Positions 37,416 through 48,953 of a DNA stretch of 64,000 nt are shown piece after piece. The DNA is from Selaginella moellendorffii. Taxonomy: Eukaryota; Plantae; Lycopodiophyta. The first letter of the stretch is position 1. Every line of letters starts with the position of its first letter. The stretch covers positions 654,184 through 718,183 of the forward strand of contig NW_003314272.1 in the NCBI RefSeq assembly GCF_000143415.4, written 5' to 3'. Position numbers and translations under genes: made by a program. The notes under the pieces were generated by a model, which saw only the letters and a program-made list of their open reading frames with translations, was not told where the DNA came from and did not search any database.

Positions 37416-37488
37416 CGCGCCAGACAGGGATCGAACCTGTGACTTTCTGCTCCGGAAACAGACGCTCTATCCACTGAGCTACAGGCGC
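37416..37488 (-). tRNA. trnR-CCG: tRNA-Arg (anticodon CCG)
   Basis: GCGCCTGTAGCTCAGTGGATAGAGCG TCTGT TTCCGGA GCAGA ... GGTTCGATCCC; 73-nt cloverleaf with a downstream T-run. Confidence 0.96.
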
Positions 37489-37578
37489 ACAAGTGGTAGA
37501 AAACGCCACACAGGCTGCCTTAATTCTTTTCTTTCTCATCCAGATAGAAAATTAGGGTAGAAGAGTTCGAAGAACAGA

Positions 37579-38098
37579 ATGGGGAAGAAGGAAGATAGCG
37601 TCCCGCCATGGCGCCAGCCGCCGCCACAGCGCAACAAGTACGAGAAGCTGGGAATGCGGGCGACGCACGAGCACGGCAATACAGCGATGATGTACGCGCC
37701 AAAGCGAGGAGCTGGAATGGACGACGACGCCGCCGCCAAGGACGGGCTCATGGACGAGATTGATCCGGAGCTCCGCCTTGCTTTCAGCAGGAATTTCCAG
37801 GTGAGAAGGAGAGACAATGGACAAGAGATTTCATCAAGCTCTCAATCTCTCATGACAGTTCCTCCGGAGGACTTTCAGCATTGAGACGCTCCTCAGGCCT
37901 CTACCTCCGCAAATCGCCCAGAACGTAGCTCTCAACCTCGGCTTCTTCTCCCGGATTTTCACGCAGTTCTTCGGTAACTTCGTCTTGCCAGTCCAAAGAT
38001 TCTCACTTGCTCTCCTTGTTCCAGATCCCAGAGGAATCCGCGACGTGAGAAGCTCCATGGGTCTTGGAGAAGAGCGATCATCCAGGCGAGTAAGCTAA
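37579..38098 (+). CDS. Small conserved plant protein of unknown function, 3 exons
   Basis: Spliced product contains EIDPELRLAFSRNFQ|FLRRTFSIETLLRPLPP..NLGFFSRIFTQFF|DPRGI; GT-AG introns. Confidence 0.75.
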
Positions 38099-38669
38099 GA
38101 ATTATCGAGACAATGCACGGAAGAAAAACAAAAGGACAAAAAAAAAAGAGAAGAGAGTTCCATTGTTTGAACTGTGACAACGATTTCTAAATCGCGAAAT
38201 CCAAAAGCACGATGATGATAATAGCGTCTAGCCCAGAGCCAGCACCTCCTTGGAGAGGGCCATTTTCTTCTTCCAGGAAATAGATACACGGTAGCGTGTG
38301 TATAGTAGTAGTAGTAGTAGAGTACTAGTGTGCCTCGGTTCTTCGCTCAGCGTTCCAGTATGTATAAAAAATCTTTCTCCCAAACTGGCCTTGCTTTCTC
38401 AACAGGCTGCTTGCTTGTGATGTTGTTAGTAAACTCGGCCGAGCAAATTCTTTGCGCACCTTTTTTTTTACCACGCGCTTCTCCCCCACCTATAAAAGTT
38501 TCCTCCTCCTACCTTGCTTGATCCTTGATCTTGTCAGTTTTTTTGTTGTTTTTCTGTTTTTTTTTTTTTTTTTTTGCGTTTTTTTTACCTCTGCTTTTCT
38601 TCCCCTTGATCCTCCTCGACTCGATTCGGTCTTTTTTGTTTTTGTCTCGCTTCTTTTAACTCTGCCGCT

Positions 38670-39994
38670 TTAGTGCCTTCGATCCCGTCGTGGTGACCGG
38701 TCCCGGCCGCGATAAGGGGACCTGTCTCGAGCACCCGCGCCTCTAGGCCCTGGATATCGCGCAAACGTCAAGCGCAGGACGTAAGAGTCGGGGTCGTTCT
38801 CGTCGAACTTATAGCCTGCGTAAAACGAATCTCGAGTGGTCACACACCGATTCATCAAGAGATTTCATCTGCTGAGACGAACCTTGTAATGCTTCTAAAG
38901 CCGTCGCTGCGCACCTGGGATCGGCGAACTCCACAAAACATAGCACGATCTTCTCTCCTACCGCCTGAAACACAGAAAACAAAACGTTAGACTCGTGCAC
39001 GGGCCCAAACAAAAGCTCACACACTCGTTTAGCATCTTTGTGCACCACTCGCACTTCCTTGAAACCAATGAATGGACGGAAGATATCTGAGAACAGAAGC
39101 GACTCAGTAAAACCAAAAAGAGGAGAAGAAGAGAATGAGAACAAACGGAAGAAAAAGTTTACTCACGTGCGGCTTCACGTCGAGTGCAATCTATAGGAAG
39201 CCCATCGACAAAAAGTGTAGCTGAGGCTTCGGGGGGTAAAATATCAGGTCCGCCACGAAGAACATCTTGGTCCTGCGGCCCTGGTAACCCGAGTCTTCCT
39301 AACGCAAAATCATAAGCACCCAGCCGTGCTCCTTGACTGAGGAGGGTCTGATCGTCGAGGACACCCCCCAAACCGGATGCCCCTAATACGCCGAGACCAC
39401 CGGTTCCAGTGGTCAAACTAACAAGCTCGGATGTAGTTAATCCCTGGTAAAGCTGTGACAAAGAAAAACGAAAAAGAATGTTCAGACATGACGAAGGAAT
39501 CCAGTTTCTGCATACCCCATTTCTCAAAAGCGAAGAGCCGGCACCAAGACTATCGTAAGCAGCATGGGCAGCCAGGTCCTCATACGCGAGGTCCCTGGAG
39601 CTGTAGCCACCGAGGTCGCGTAAACCTCCAGCAGCAGTTCTTGATGTGCCATAACTGCTTTTCGAGGGTGTAAGATCCTCTGCAAAAACCAAAGCCAAAA
39701 AAAAAACCAAAAAAATAAAAAACTCATGAGTACAAAAGTAGCAAAAAGAAAAAAGAAAACATAAAGAAGAAAAAAAAAAAGAACGAGCTCTGAAGCGGCC
39801 TAACCTCTCTACAGTCTCACAGAAACAGGAAAAATCTAGAGACAAAGGCTAAGAAAAACGAAACGATCGGCAAGAAGAAAAAAAGAGGAGGAAAAAAAAT
39901 AAAGATGGAAAAGAAACTCCAAAGGCAAAGAGGGTGAAGGGGACACACCCCTTCTGTCGCTCCCAAAGTGCCAGTTAGCCGTGAAGTCGGTCAT
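38670..39994 (-). CDS. RRM protein, nuclear speckle RNA-binding protein (NSR)-like
   Basis: TLFVDGLPIDCTRRE, IFRPFIGFKEVRVV, LCFVEF..CAATALEALQGYKFDE, LRLTFARYPG. Confidence 0.88.
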
Positions 39995-40672
39995 GTCGCT
40001 AGGATCCCGTGTTCCTCGTAAACCTGCAGTGAATGCAGCCATCACTGACAGTCTTCCAGCCAAAATTCTTTCCAGTCACACACTGTGCCTGCGGATTTCC
40101 CCCCCGCCCCTCTTACCCTAACCCTGCTGCTCTAGCTACCGCTCACGAGCTCGAAATCTCCATGCCTTCCCCTCTCTCATCCAAACCCTACCCCGAATTC
40201 CTTTCCTCTCCCTCTCTCTCGCGCTAGCGCCTTGCTCGATCTCGCGAATCCATGGAAAGCAATGTGGGCGTACCTGGATGCCGCCGTGAGGAACAGGAAC
40301 CAAGCCCCCAAGCGCCGCCGTCGTCGTCGCCCGCCAAACAAGCTCTAGGTAGGGCTTGTGAAGTAAGCCCAGTTACAAAAGAAAAAATGCCACGTCGGAC
40401 GTACGGGGCCGTACCGGAGCTGCGTGATGTGGCCGATGAGGCCGACATGGAGCCGGCCACCCGGGCGGGAGAGGGCCACGTGGCTGTGGCGTTTGTTTGG
40501 ATTTTCCGGTTTGAAATTCTGGCTGCCATTGATCAAGGCGGGAAGGGCAAGCGGCGGGGCAGCGCGGGAGTGGGCATCGATCGATCGGTCCATCCATTTG
40601 TGTAAGTGCGCCGCTTTCTTTCGCATCGATCGATCCATCGGCCGTGCCCTGATCTTGGCGCTTTCAGTGGGG

Positions 40673-41801
40673 ATGAGTTACGCCGCGGAGATCGAGAGCT
40701 CGGTGGTCAGGCCGAAGCTAAACTTGCAGCCCAGGAGCTCCGTGGCGGATCTTGCTGGGATGGGAGCGAAATACGCCAACAAGGTCCGTTTGAATTGATC
40801 CTCTCTCTCTCTCTCTCTCTCTCTCTGTCTGTGTTTGTTTACATTTGCATTGTCTAAAAGAGGATTCGTTTAAGACTGTGTGTAGCCCAGCCCGTTTGGA
40901 GCTGCTCGTCCAAGGGAACAAGTCCTAGCGGAGCGCCAAGGAAAGAAGGAGGAGGACGTTTTCAAGGAGCAAGCACAGAAGGAATGGAAAGGCAGCGTAA
41001 GTTTCTTTTTTTCTTTTGCGCTTTTCCCAGGAACTTCGAAGAACTTGGTTTTTTATCTATCTTTGTGGCACCTAATGTCTTTTTTTTATGCTTTAGATCA
41101 TACTAACTGAACCGCAACGCGAGGAGAAAAGAGCGGCCGAAGCCGAGCTTGCTTCTGCTCGCCGGGAGCTGGAAGCCGAGGTCGATCCGGTCAAGCTCAA
41201 GACTCTCAAGGAGGACGTGATCATCAAGCAACGGAAGCTCGAGGGTCTACTCAACTCATTCGAGGCAAGCTTGTTTTGATCTTCGAAAGCACTTAAAGAG
41301 ATGGGATCAACTCCAGAGACTCGCCGTTCAGACTGCTCAGTCCGGAGGCATCCGACGCTCTTACGACAAGAAGCAGCGCGGCGATCTAGTCTTCGCAGAG
41401 CAACCTCAAGACGGATTCATCAGCTTCTCCTCCAGAGTCCGGCTAGGATCATCGAACTACGAGAGCTGGAGTGGCGGCTATAGGGGACGAGCGAATCTAA
41501 CCCAGTGCTTTACCTGTGGCGAGGTAAAAGTTTTCTTCCTTGTCTTTCGATACTCAAGTTGATATATCGTTTTCAACAGATCGGCCACTTCTCTCGTGAC
41601 TGCCGAAACAGCAACTACGCGAGAGGCCGTCCGTGTTTCACTTGCGGCCAAGAGGGCCATTACTCCCGTGAGTGCCCGCTCCTTCTCACTGGCTCTTACG
41701 GAATGGCCGGCTATGGCTTCCCAGAATTTATCCACAGCGGCTACGATCAGAGCGGCAGTAAAGCGAGCCTCCGAGGCTACAACCCGGGAGCAACGTATTG
41801 A
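40673..41801 (+). CDS. eIF4B-motif protein with two C-terminal CCHC zinc knuckles, 5 exons
   Basis: RPKLNLQPRS, PFGAARPREQVL, a coiled coil, CFTCGE|IGHFSRDC and CFTCGQEGHYSREC. One GC-AG intron at ~41265-41316. Confidence 0.75.
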
Positions 41802-41900
41802 CTGATCCATCATCCATCACTCCATCGAGCTTTACGACTTGGGAAAGAAGAAAACACGCTACGCTTACTACCACTTCAACTTTGTACTGATACATTTTGG

Positions 41901-42404
41901 TTAAAATGGTCTCTGGCCATTGTTTCCAGGAGGGAAATAGTCGCACGCCATGAACACGTCTCCACGGCCACACTGGACTCGAGCACAGCCAACCCGGCGC
42001 GAGAACCTCGACACCACCTGGGTGTAGTGGCCGCAGGCACCGCGGCCGCCAAGGCAAGAGTTTGTGCCATAGTCATACCACCGCCGCTCGCTCATCCACG
42101 ACTCGACAGCGTCGGATGGATTCCAGCTCCGCCCAGCGCCGCCACTCCCCCAGAAGATGTTCTCGCCGTAGGGGCCTCGCGAGTGCTGGAGCGAGCAGGC
42201 TCCAAAGATCCTCCTCGAGTTCGCCCAGGCGAGCGCGAAGGCCGCGAGGCGATCGTCCCAGACGAGGGGGGCGACCCCGACTCGAGCTCTTGCAGCGTTT
42301 TGCGGATCCAGGAACGAAGAAGACAAAGAAGAAAAAGAAGAAGAATGGATCACGTCCGCCATAGCCAGGATGGAAAGCAAGAGCAAACCGATGAGCGAAT
42401 TCAT
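41901..42404 (-). CDS. PR1: Pathogenesis-related PR-1 / CAP family secreted protein
   Basis: Signal peptide, NAARARVGV, HSRGPYGENIF, CGHYTQVV, CDYFPPGN. Confidence 0.93.
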   Translation of the reverse strand: MNSLIGLLLLSILAMADVIHSSSFSSLSSSFLDPQNAARARVGVAPLVWDDRLAAFALAWANSRRIFGACSLQHSRGPYGENIFWGSGGAGRSWNPSDAVESWMSERRWYDYGTNSCLGGRGACGHYTQVVSRFSRRVGCARVQCGRGDVFMACDYFPPGNNGQRPF

Positions 42405-43033
42405 GAAGAAAAGTTCAAGGGAGGCTTTGTGACAGGATTGGTTTTAAAGAACTTTTTGGGGTGTCAATTCCAGATCTCGTACACTCGAGTCTCCATCACT
42501 TCCATAACCATTGCATATGCCCGGCCTTTAAAAGTTGGCAGACATTTCGGTAAAGGCGCCCGTTTTCGAAATGGGTGGTAGTTAGGGTTAGGGTAAAAGA
42601 GTTTAGGTTGTTTGTCGCGATCCGTGAAGTCTACTGCTTGATTGATCCGCGCGAGGGTCCCAAGGATATAAAGTTTGGATTGGTTGGAAAACTATTGCGA
42701 TTGTGGAGCTCTCGTTTGGTTGACACATCGGCATGGATTGGGATTGTTGCAAATCCAAAGTCATGCGCGATGTGGAGCGAGACGAGCAAGGCGTGAAATC
42801 CTGATTCGCCAGGATCTATTTGGTGAGACGAAACAACGTATAAACAACAACAAACGAAGATTGGGAACTGGGAGGGAGAAATCATATATAAAGTTTGGAT
42901 CAATCAAATCAAAGATCTCGTCACCATGTATAAGGGACTCCTTTTTGTTCTTGACGTAAGAAGAATGTAATGTACAAAGCGCTTATCGAGCCGTGTCCCT
43001 AGAAGAGGAAAAAAAGACAAAACCAATAACACT

Positions 43034-44741
43034 CTAGATCTTGCCACCTTGCCGGCATTGAAAAAGCCCTAGAAATCTCCCCCCCGCCACCTTTGCATGG
43101 ATCTTCTCGTGGGTCGATCGCTCACCCTTGACGATCCCATCGTTCCCAGCCAGCATCCGGTACTTGTCCCTCCTCGTGAAATTCGTGCACTCGTAGCCAA
43201 GAGCCCTCGCCAGCTTCTCCTGGACGAAGTTGGCCACCTCGATGCTCGTCCTCTTGCCGGACGAGACCGTCCACTCGTCGGGCACGCGATCCAGGAACTC
43301 GATAGTGTAGGCCGGGAAGGGATTGAGCAGGAAGAAGAGCGGATCCAGCGCCTTCCACCCCCGCGCCGTGGATCCATGGAAGAACTGGAAGCGCACCGCC
43401 ACCGCCACCGGCACGATGATGTCCGTGAGCTCCGCGAAGAGGGAGCTGAATCGCAGCAAGTAGGGCTCGCGGCACGTCGTGCCCTCGGGGCACATCACGA
43501 GATCGCCTTGCGCGAGCAGCGCCCGGATGGCGCGCGCGTCCTGGCTGCGCGATCGCGTCAGCCGCATCGTCTTGATCGGCGCCAGCAGCTCCGAGACGCG
43601 GCTGATGCTGTAGGTGACCGCCGTGACGCGCCGGCTGGCGCACACCGAGAGGAAGAGCGGATCCACCAGCATCCGGTGCGTGGCGACGAAGAGGACGCCG
43701 TGGCCGTGGATCCGCGCCGCCGCCGGCGGGCTGCCGCGCATTCGGATCTGGAGCCCCAGCAGCGCCTCGAGGAATCCCGCCAGGGGGACGCTGGGGCTGA
43801 GCACCGCGACGAGCATGCGCGGGATGGCGAGGAGGAAGCCGAAGGGCAGCCACAGGAAGATCGCGAGCGCCGCCAGCGGCGTGGGGCGGATGGCGAATCG
43901 GCCGTCGTGGAAGACGAGCGGCTTGGGGTAGAGGCTGCGCGGCACGGGATCCACCGCCTTGGAGCTGGGCACGAGATAGGCCTCCTGGAAGAGGAAGGAA
44001 GAAATTTGGGGAAAAACACCATTAGAACCGTTTGAAAAAAATATCGATCGTTACCTTGCAGAGGGGCAGGAAGCGCGATTCCGGCGCGCGATCGCTGCTG
44101 CACAGCCCAATCCCGGGCCTCTGATCCGCGAAGCAGTCCCTGAATGCCTGTTCTTCGCTGGAGCCGTCGCCGCCGCGCACGAACCCCGTGCAAATCCCGC
44201 CGCGAGTCACCTCCAACTCGGGGCCGACGACGCGCTCCACGCCCAGGAATTCGCGCAGGAAGGGCTCCGCGAGCATCCGGGGCGTGGCGGTGACGACGAT
44301 CCGGCGCGGGCACGCCATGAACACGCGGTAGGCATCCGGATGCATGTCCTCGAGGAAGAATTTGGGAAGAACGGCGTGCGCGACGGTGGCCACGGCCGAT
44401 TCGCGGGCGCCACACACGGCGATGAAGATCGAGAGGCGCGTGGCCAGGGATGTGGAGACGAGCGCCCCGGCGGCGAGGATGAGCGGGTACATCACCAGGA
44501 GGAGGAGCGCGCGCGGGAAGCCGCCGCCGGCCTCGAAGGCGACGAGGAAGAAGTAGGGGAAGGAATTGGCGGAGCGGAGGAGCGTGCCGTGGAGATCGGA
44601 CACCACGCTGGCGGCGTCACGGCCATCCAGGCAGCAATTCTCGATCGAGTCCGCGAATGTGGGCGGCGCCGCCGCTGCGTCGTGCTGGTGGTGCTTGGGC
44701 GGCGGTGGCGATGGCGCTGCTGCTCCCCTGGTGGCCGCCAT
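43034..44741 (-). CDS. GPAT: Land-plant sn-2 glycerol-3-phosphate acyltransferase (cutin/suberin type), 2 exons
   Basis: FPYFFLVAFEAGG, VLPKFFLED, FHDGR, HRMLVD, CPEGTTCREPYLLRFS; intron at 43985-44054. Confidence 0.95.
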
Positions 44742-45885
44742 GGATTTCCTCCAGCGGCGAGCCCATGAATTGGCCTGGACTAGCAAAAACCACACCGCTA
44801 CGAAATCCTCGAGCCCCACAAGCTCTCGAAACGACCTCATGGCTGTCCGCCACAAAACTTATGATCGCTCCTCTCGCTCTTTCGCTATCCGCCTCTACTC
44901 CTCTTCTTTCCTCTTGCCTCTCGCGTGGAATTTAATGTCGCTCAACGAAAGAATCGACCCAGCAACAACAAGAGCGCCTTCCTTTCCGAGTCTTCTTCAC
45001 TCTCTTCCCTCTCTACTCTCCTTTCAAGCGATCAATCGACACAAAAATCTTTGCTCCTTCCCGCGGCCTCGGAATCCTCCCCGCACCGGATCAAACCAAG
45101 CATCGTTTTAGATTCCCGCGAGAATCTTCGTCCCGTATGAACTTCCCCGCTGACAAGCGATCAGCAAGAAAGAAGAAAGAAACTAGTTCTTCTAGGGCAA
45201 ATGTGTGGTGGTGGTGAGAAGCTTCTGCTAAATCTAGCTAGCAGCACCGGGTCACATGATGAGTCCGTTATCGGTCAAGCGCGGGGGAATATCCACCGAC
45301 CGCGCGGTGGAATCTCCCATAGTCAACGCGGTGGGCGGCACGACAGACTGTATCGCCGCCGTGTGTTGTTTGGTTTAATAAATCAAAACAAGTGCTTTTT
45401 AAAACCTTGTAGTGTTGGAGAACACGAGAAACTACGACCACGCGACGCCGCACACGCAGGCGCTGACCAGGTGACCATTTCATAGTAATGAATGCCGCGC
45501 GCTTCGGAGCGTACTCTCTCCAAACAGTATGAATACTATAGACCGTAGTGGAGACAGTACCCCCCAAAATACAGCCAGGAAGGAAGCGCGCGGCACGCTC
45601 GAGAGCGCCAGCCAGTTGTACGATCTTAATGGCGGAGAAGAAGAAGGCATCTCGGCGTATATTCCATGGCCTTTTCAATTTCGGTGGTGGCATTCAATGG
45701 CCCAGTGTCCCTTTAATGGCGGGAGAAATTCTTTCTTCCCTCGGTCGGTCCTCTTTTTTCCCGTGATTGTGTGTGAAGGAATCAAATCTCGCGGATTCCC
45801 TTCGCGCTACATTTAGCTAAGCTCTTACGAGAAATTTGAATTTGTTATTTTCGTGTATCCGGATAGAGCCCTAAAATCCGGGAAT

Positions 45886-47454
45886 ATGCCCCGAATGGAG
45901 GAAGCGATGGAGCAGGACGACGAGGAGGAATGGCGCGACGAGGACGAGGCTTCGTCGGCGGTCGAGACAGGTTGTTGCTCATCCCAATCCATCCCATTGT
46001 TCGCTCTCTCGCTGCTCCAATCCTTCCCAGCACCGTCGCACGACTCGCTCTTCTCGATCCCTGCCGCTGCCGCTACCGCTCCCGGCCTGGGGATCGATCC
46101 GGAAGCTCCCGCCGGGGTTTGCAGCTCGTCGGCGCAGGGCGCGTCGATCGCCGTGCCGCGGTCCTTGATCCCGGTGGAACCCTGCGCCAAGAACGAGGAG
46201 AATGACAAGAGCAAGGGCAACGCCGCGCACAACAGCAGCAGCGAGCAGCCGGGCAGCAAGAAGAGCCGCTCCAAGAACTGGACGCGATTGGAGATGCTCA
46301 AGCTCATCGGGCTCCGCGCGGATTACGAGGCGCGCTTCTGCGGCGGCGGCAAGAAGATGGAGCTGTGGGACGAGATCGCCGAGGCCTTGAACCGCGAGGG
46401 GATCTCCAGGGACGGGCAGCAGTGTAGGGACAAGTGGGAGAAGCTGGGCGCGAGCTACAAGGAGGTCAGGGATGGGAACAAGCCCAAGGAGGACTTCTTG
46501 CTCTACGATGTTCTCCACCCGGTCTTGTCCGGGAGAATGGCGGGGCCGAGGAATTCCAATGCTGGCAGGATGGATGAAGATCATCGCCACCAACACCAGC
46601 AGTTCGATCACCCTCAAGAACAGGGATTTGCAAACCACGAGCAGCGCGAGGACGCCCTCAACGTTGACGAGGACGAGGTGCTGGATGGATCTGGAGGAAA
46701 TGTTGGTGCGAGCTCCCAAGGTGGTGGCGGGTCTGGGCGAGCGAGGAAGAAACGCAAGTTGCCCAAGTACGTCCCTGTCGCCGACGTTGCGGTGGTCCAG
46801 AGCTTGGTGGAAGCGGTGGTGGCGAAGCAGCAGAGGTTCTTCCGGGACCTCCTGGATTCCATGGAGCGGCGGGAGCAAATGCGAGAGCAAATACGGCAGG
46901 AGCGCGAGGAGCAGTGGAGATCCGAGGACCGAGCTCAGAGGGCTGCGTTCAACAACGCGATGATCTTCCTCACTCAAAAGCTGGTTGGCAACAACGACAG
47001 TGCTGGTCTCTTCGCCGCCGCCGGGCAGTTCCAGCAACTTAACAACGGGCTCTCGAATTCCCAGCCAAAGCCGGAAGGATTCGCGGGTGGCGGAGCGAAA
47101 AAGCGGAGCAAGAACTGGAAGCGGGCCGAGGTCCTCCAGCTGATAAAGCTCCGGGGTGACATGGAAGCGCAGTTCTCGAGTGGGACGAGGCGAGCAGCAG
47201 TGTGGGAGGAGCTTTCGGAGGTTCTCATGGCTCAGGGGATCCCCAGGGACGGCAAACAATGCAGGGAGAAGTGGGACAAGCTGACCGCTGCGTACAAGGA
47301 CGTGAGCGACGGCGTCAAGGAGCCAGCGGACATGCCATACTTCACGGAGCTTTCGGCTGCTCTCAAGAAGCCAGCCGCGCTAGAAGTCCCTCCGATGGTG
47401 GCAGCAGTAACAGGTTCGGGAATTCTAACTGAAGTTGCTCCTGCTGCCTCGTGA
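45886..47454 (+). CDS. Trihelix (GT-2-like) transcription factor with two trihelix domains
   Basis: Two KNW.R.E.L.LI.LR...W.E.....RDG.QCR.KW.KL domains flank a central coiled coil. Confidence 0.92.
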   Translation: MPRMEEAMEQDDEEEWRDEDEASSAVETGCCSSQSIPLFALSLLQSFPAPSHDSLFSIPAAAATAPGLGIDPEAPAGVCSSSAQGASIAVPRSLIPVEPCAKNEENDKSKGNAAHNSSSEQPGSKKSRSKNWTRLEMLKLIGLRADYEARFCGGGKKMELWDEIAEALNREGISRDGQQCRDKWEKLGASYKEVRDGNKPKEDFLLYDVLHPVLSGRMAGPRNSNAGRMDEDHRHQHQQFDHPQEQGFANHEQREDALNVDEDEVLDGSGGNVGASSQGGGGSGRARKKRKLPKYVPVADVAVVQSLVEAVVAKQQRFFRDLLDSMERREQMREQIRQEREEQWRSEDRAQRAAFNNAMIFLTQKLVGNNDSAGLFAAAGQFQQLNNGLSNSQPKPEGFAGGGAKKRSKNWKRAEVLQLIKLRGDMEAQFSSGTRRAAVWEELSEVLMAQGIPRDGKQCREKWDKLTAAYKDVSDGVKEPADMPYFTELSAALKKPAALEVPPMVAAVTGSGILTEVAPAAS

Positions 47455-47744
47455 TTTCTAGCTTTCTTTTTCTTCTCTTTTCAGAGTTATGAGCAACGAA
47501 GTCTGTGTGTTGCTTCGGAGGAAGAAGCAGCAAATGGCATCTATCAATTTATGGTCTACTTGTTGACTCCTCAAGAGTTGTGAGATTTGGGAGTTCAGAT
47601 CTTCGGTTGTCTTCTACTTCTCTTTGCTCTTCTGAGATTTACATTGCTCGTTTGGGTTTATATCCGACAGAGGTCTGTGTTTTTTACCTTTTTCCTTCGT
47701 TTGGCATTGATGTTGCTCCTCTCCGGCGTATGAACGTTTCCAAG

Positions 47745-48953
47745 ATGGCGAGCTTTGGAGTAAGCCCAAGGTGGAAGGTGGGTCTTTGCAATCGGCACAA
47801 GCGGCGGCAGTGGGTTCGTCCCGTATCGTGCTCAAGCCCAGGCAAAAGTAAGAAAATCCTTCGTTCTTTTATGTTTGCATCCGACACTTACCTCTCATCC
47901 AGATTCACCTCCGGCTTATAGAGCCCTTTTGGTCGATGTGGGTGGAACGCTGCTGGAAACATCTCAGCCAGTGCCGCAAGTGTACGCTTCATTCGGCTCC
48001 AAGTACGGTGAGTAGGGTCTATCACATTTTCTATTGACATGCGCTGACTTTTACCCTCCCCAGGAATTCAGGCTGATGCCGATGCAATCAAAAAGGGTTT
48101 TAAGAAAGCATTCAGTGAACCATGGCCGGAAAGACTTCGCTACGAGGTTCGTCCGTAGTTACATTTTTTTTTTTGTGGGTTGAGCTTTGAGTCCAGGGTG
48201 ATGGTCGGAGGTTTTGGAAGTATGCGGTTGCCACCGCAACAGGCTGTGATAATGATGACTACTTTGAAGAACTCTATCAGGTGAGCAAGGTTACTTTTTA
48301 GTGGATCATCTATGTTCTTGTCAGTATTTTGGAAGAGGTGATGCATGGAAGCTTGTCGATGGTGCAGAGCGCGCATTGAAGGACCTGCGAGGTGCAGGAG
48401 GCAAGTTGATTTTGTTTTCCCTAGGAAGATCTTGCGATTTCTCACGTGCTTTTTGGCCTCCAGTACAGCTTGCCGTCGTTTCCAACTTTGATTCTCGCCT
48501 TCGTCCCATTCTGGCAGAGCTGAACATATCCGATGTGTAAGAGAAGCTTTTTCTTCCTACGGCCTTACGGCTGGTTTGCAGGTTTGATGCTCTTGTTATC
48601 TCTTCTGAAATTGGTCACGAGAAACCAGCGAAGGAAATATTTCTGACCGCACTGGGTACTCTCTCAATGCTAAGATTGACACTGGAAAATCTCAATCTCT
48701 TAATTCTTCGAGGCATGCAGATGAGCTCGGGGTGCAAGCCAGAGACACAGTTCATGTTGGAGATGACCCCGTGGCGGACAAGCAAGGAGCGAATGCTGTT
48801 GGAATCGATGCATGGTGAGAGCCTGTGAAAGGAAAGGGCCTTCTAAGCGGCATGTCCTCTGACGAGTTTACTTGCAGGCTATGGAAAAAAGAAGTCAAGT
48901 CGTTTGAAGAGATCAAGGACCGCATATTGGTGCCGACAAGCTTTCCAAAATAA
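47745..48953 (+). CDS. HAD-like hydrolase (HDHD3/REG-2 type), multi-exon, probable transit peptide
   Basis: LLVDVGGTLL, LAVVSNFDSRL, SSEIGHEKP..IF, VHVGDD..ADKQGA. Confidence 0.9.

Noticed and set aside
43069-47259. Long antisense and alternate-frame ORFs over GPAT and the trihelix gene
   Set aside because: Shadow ORFs expected from high GC3 codon usage.
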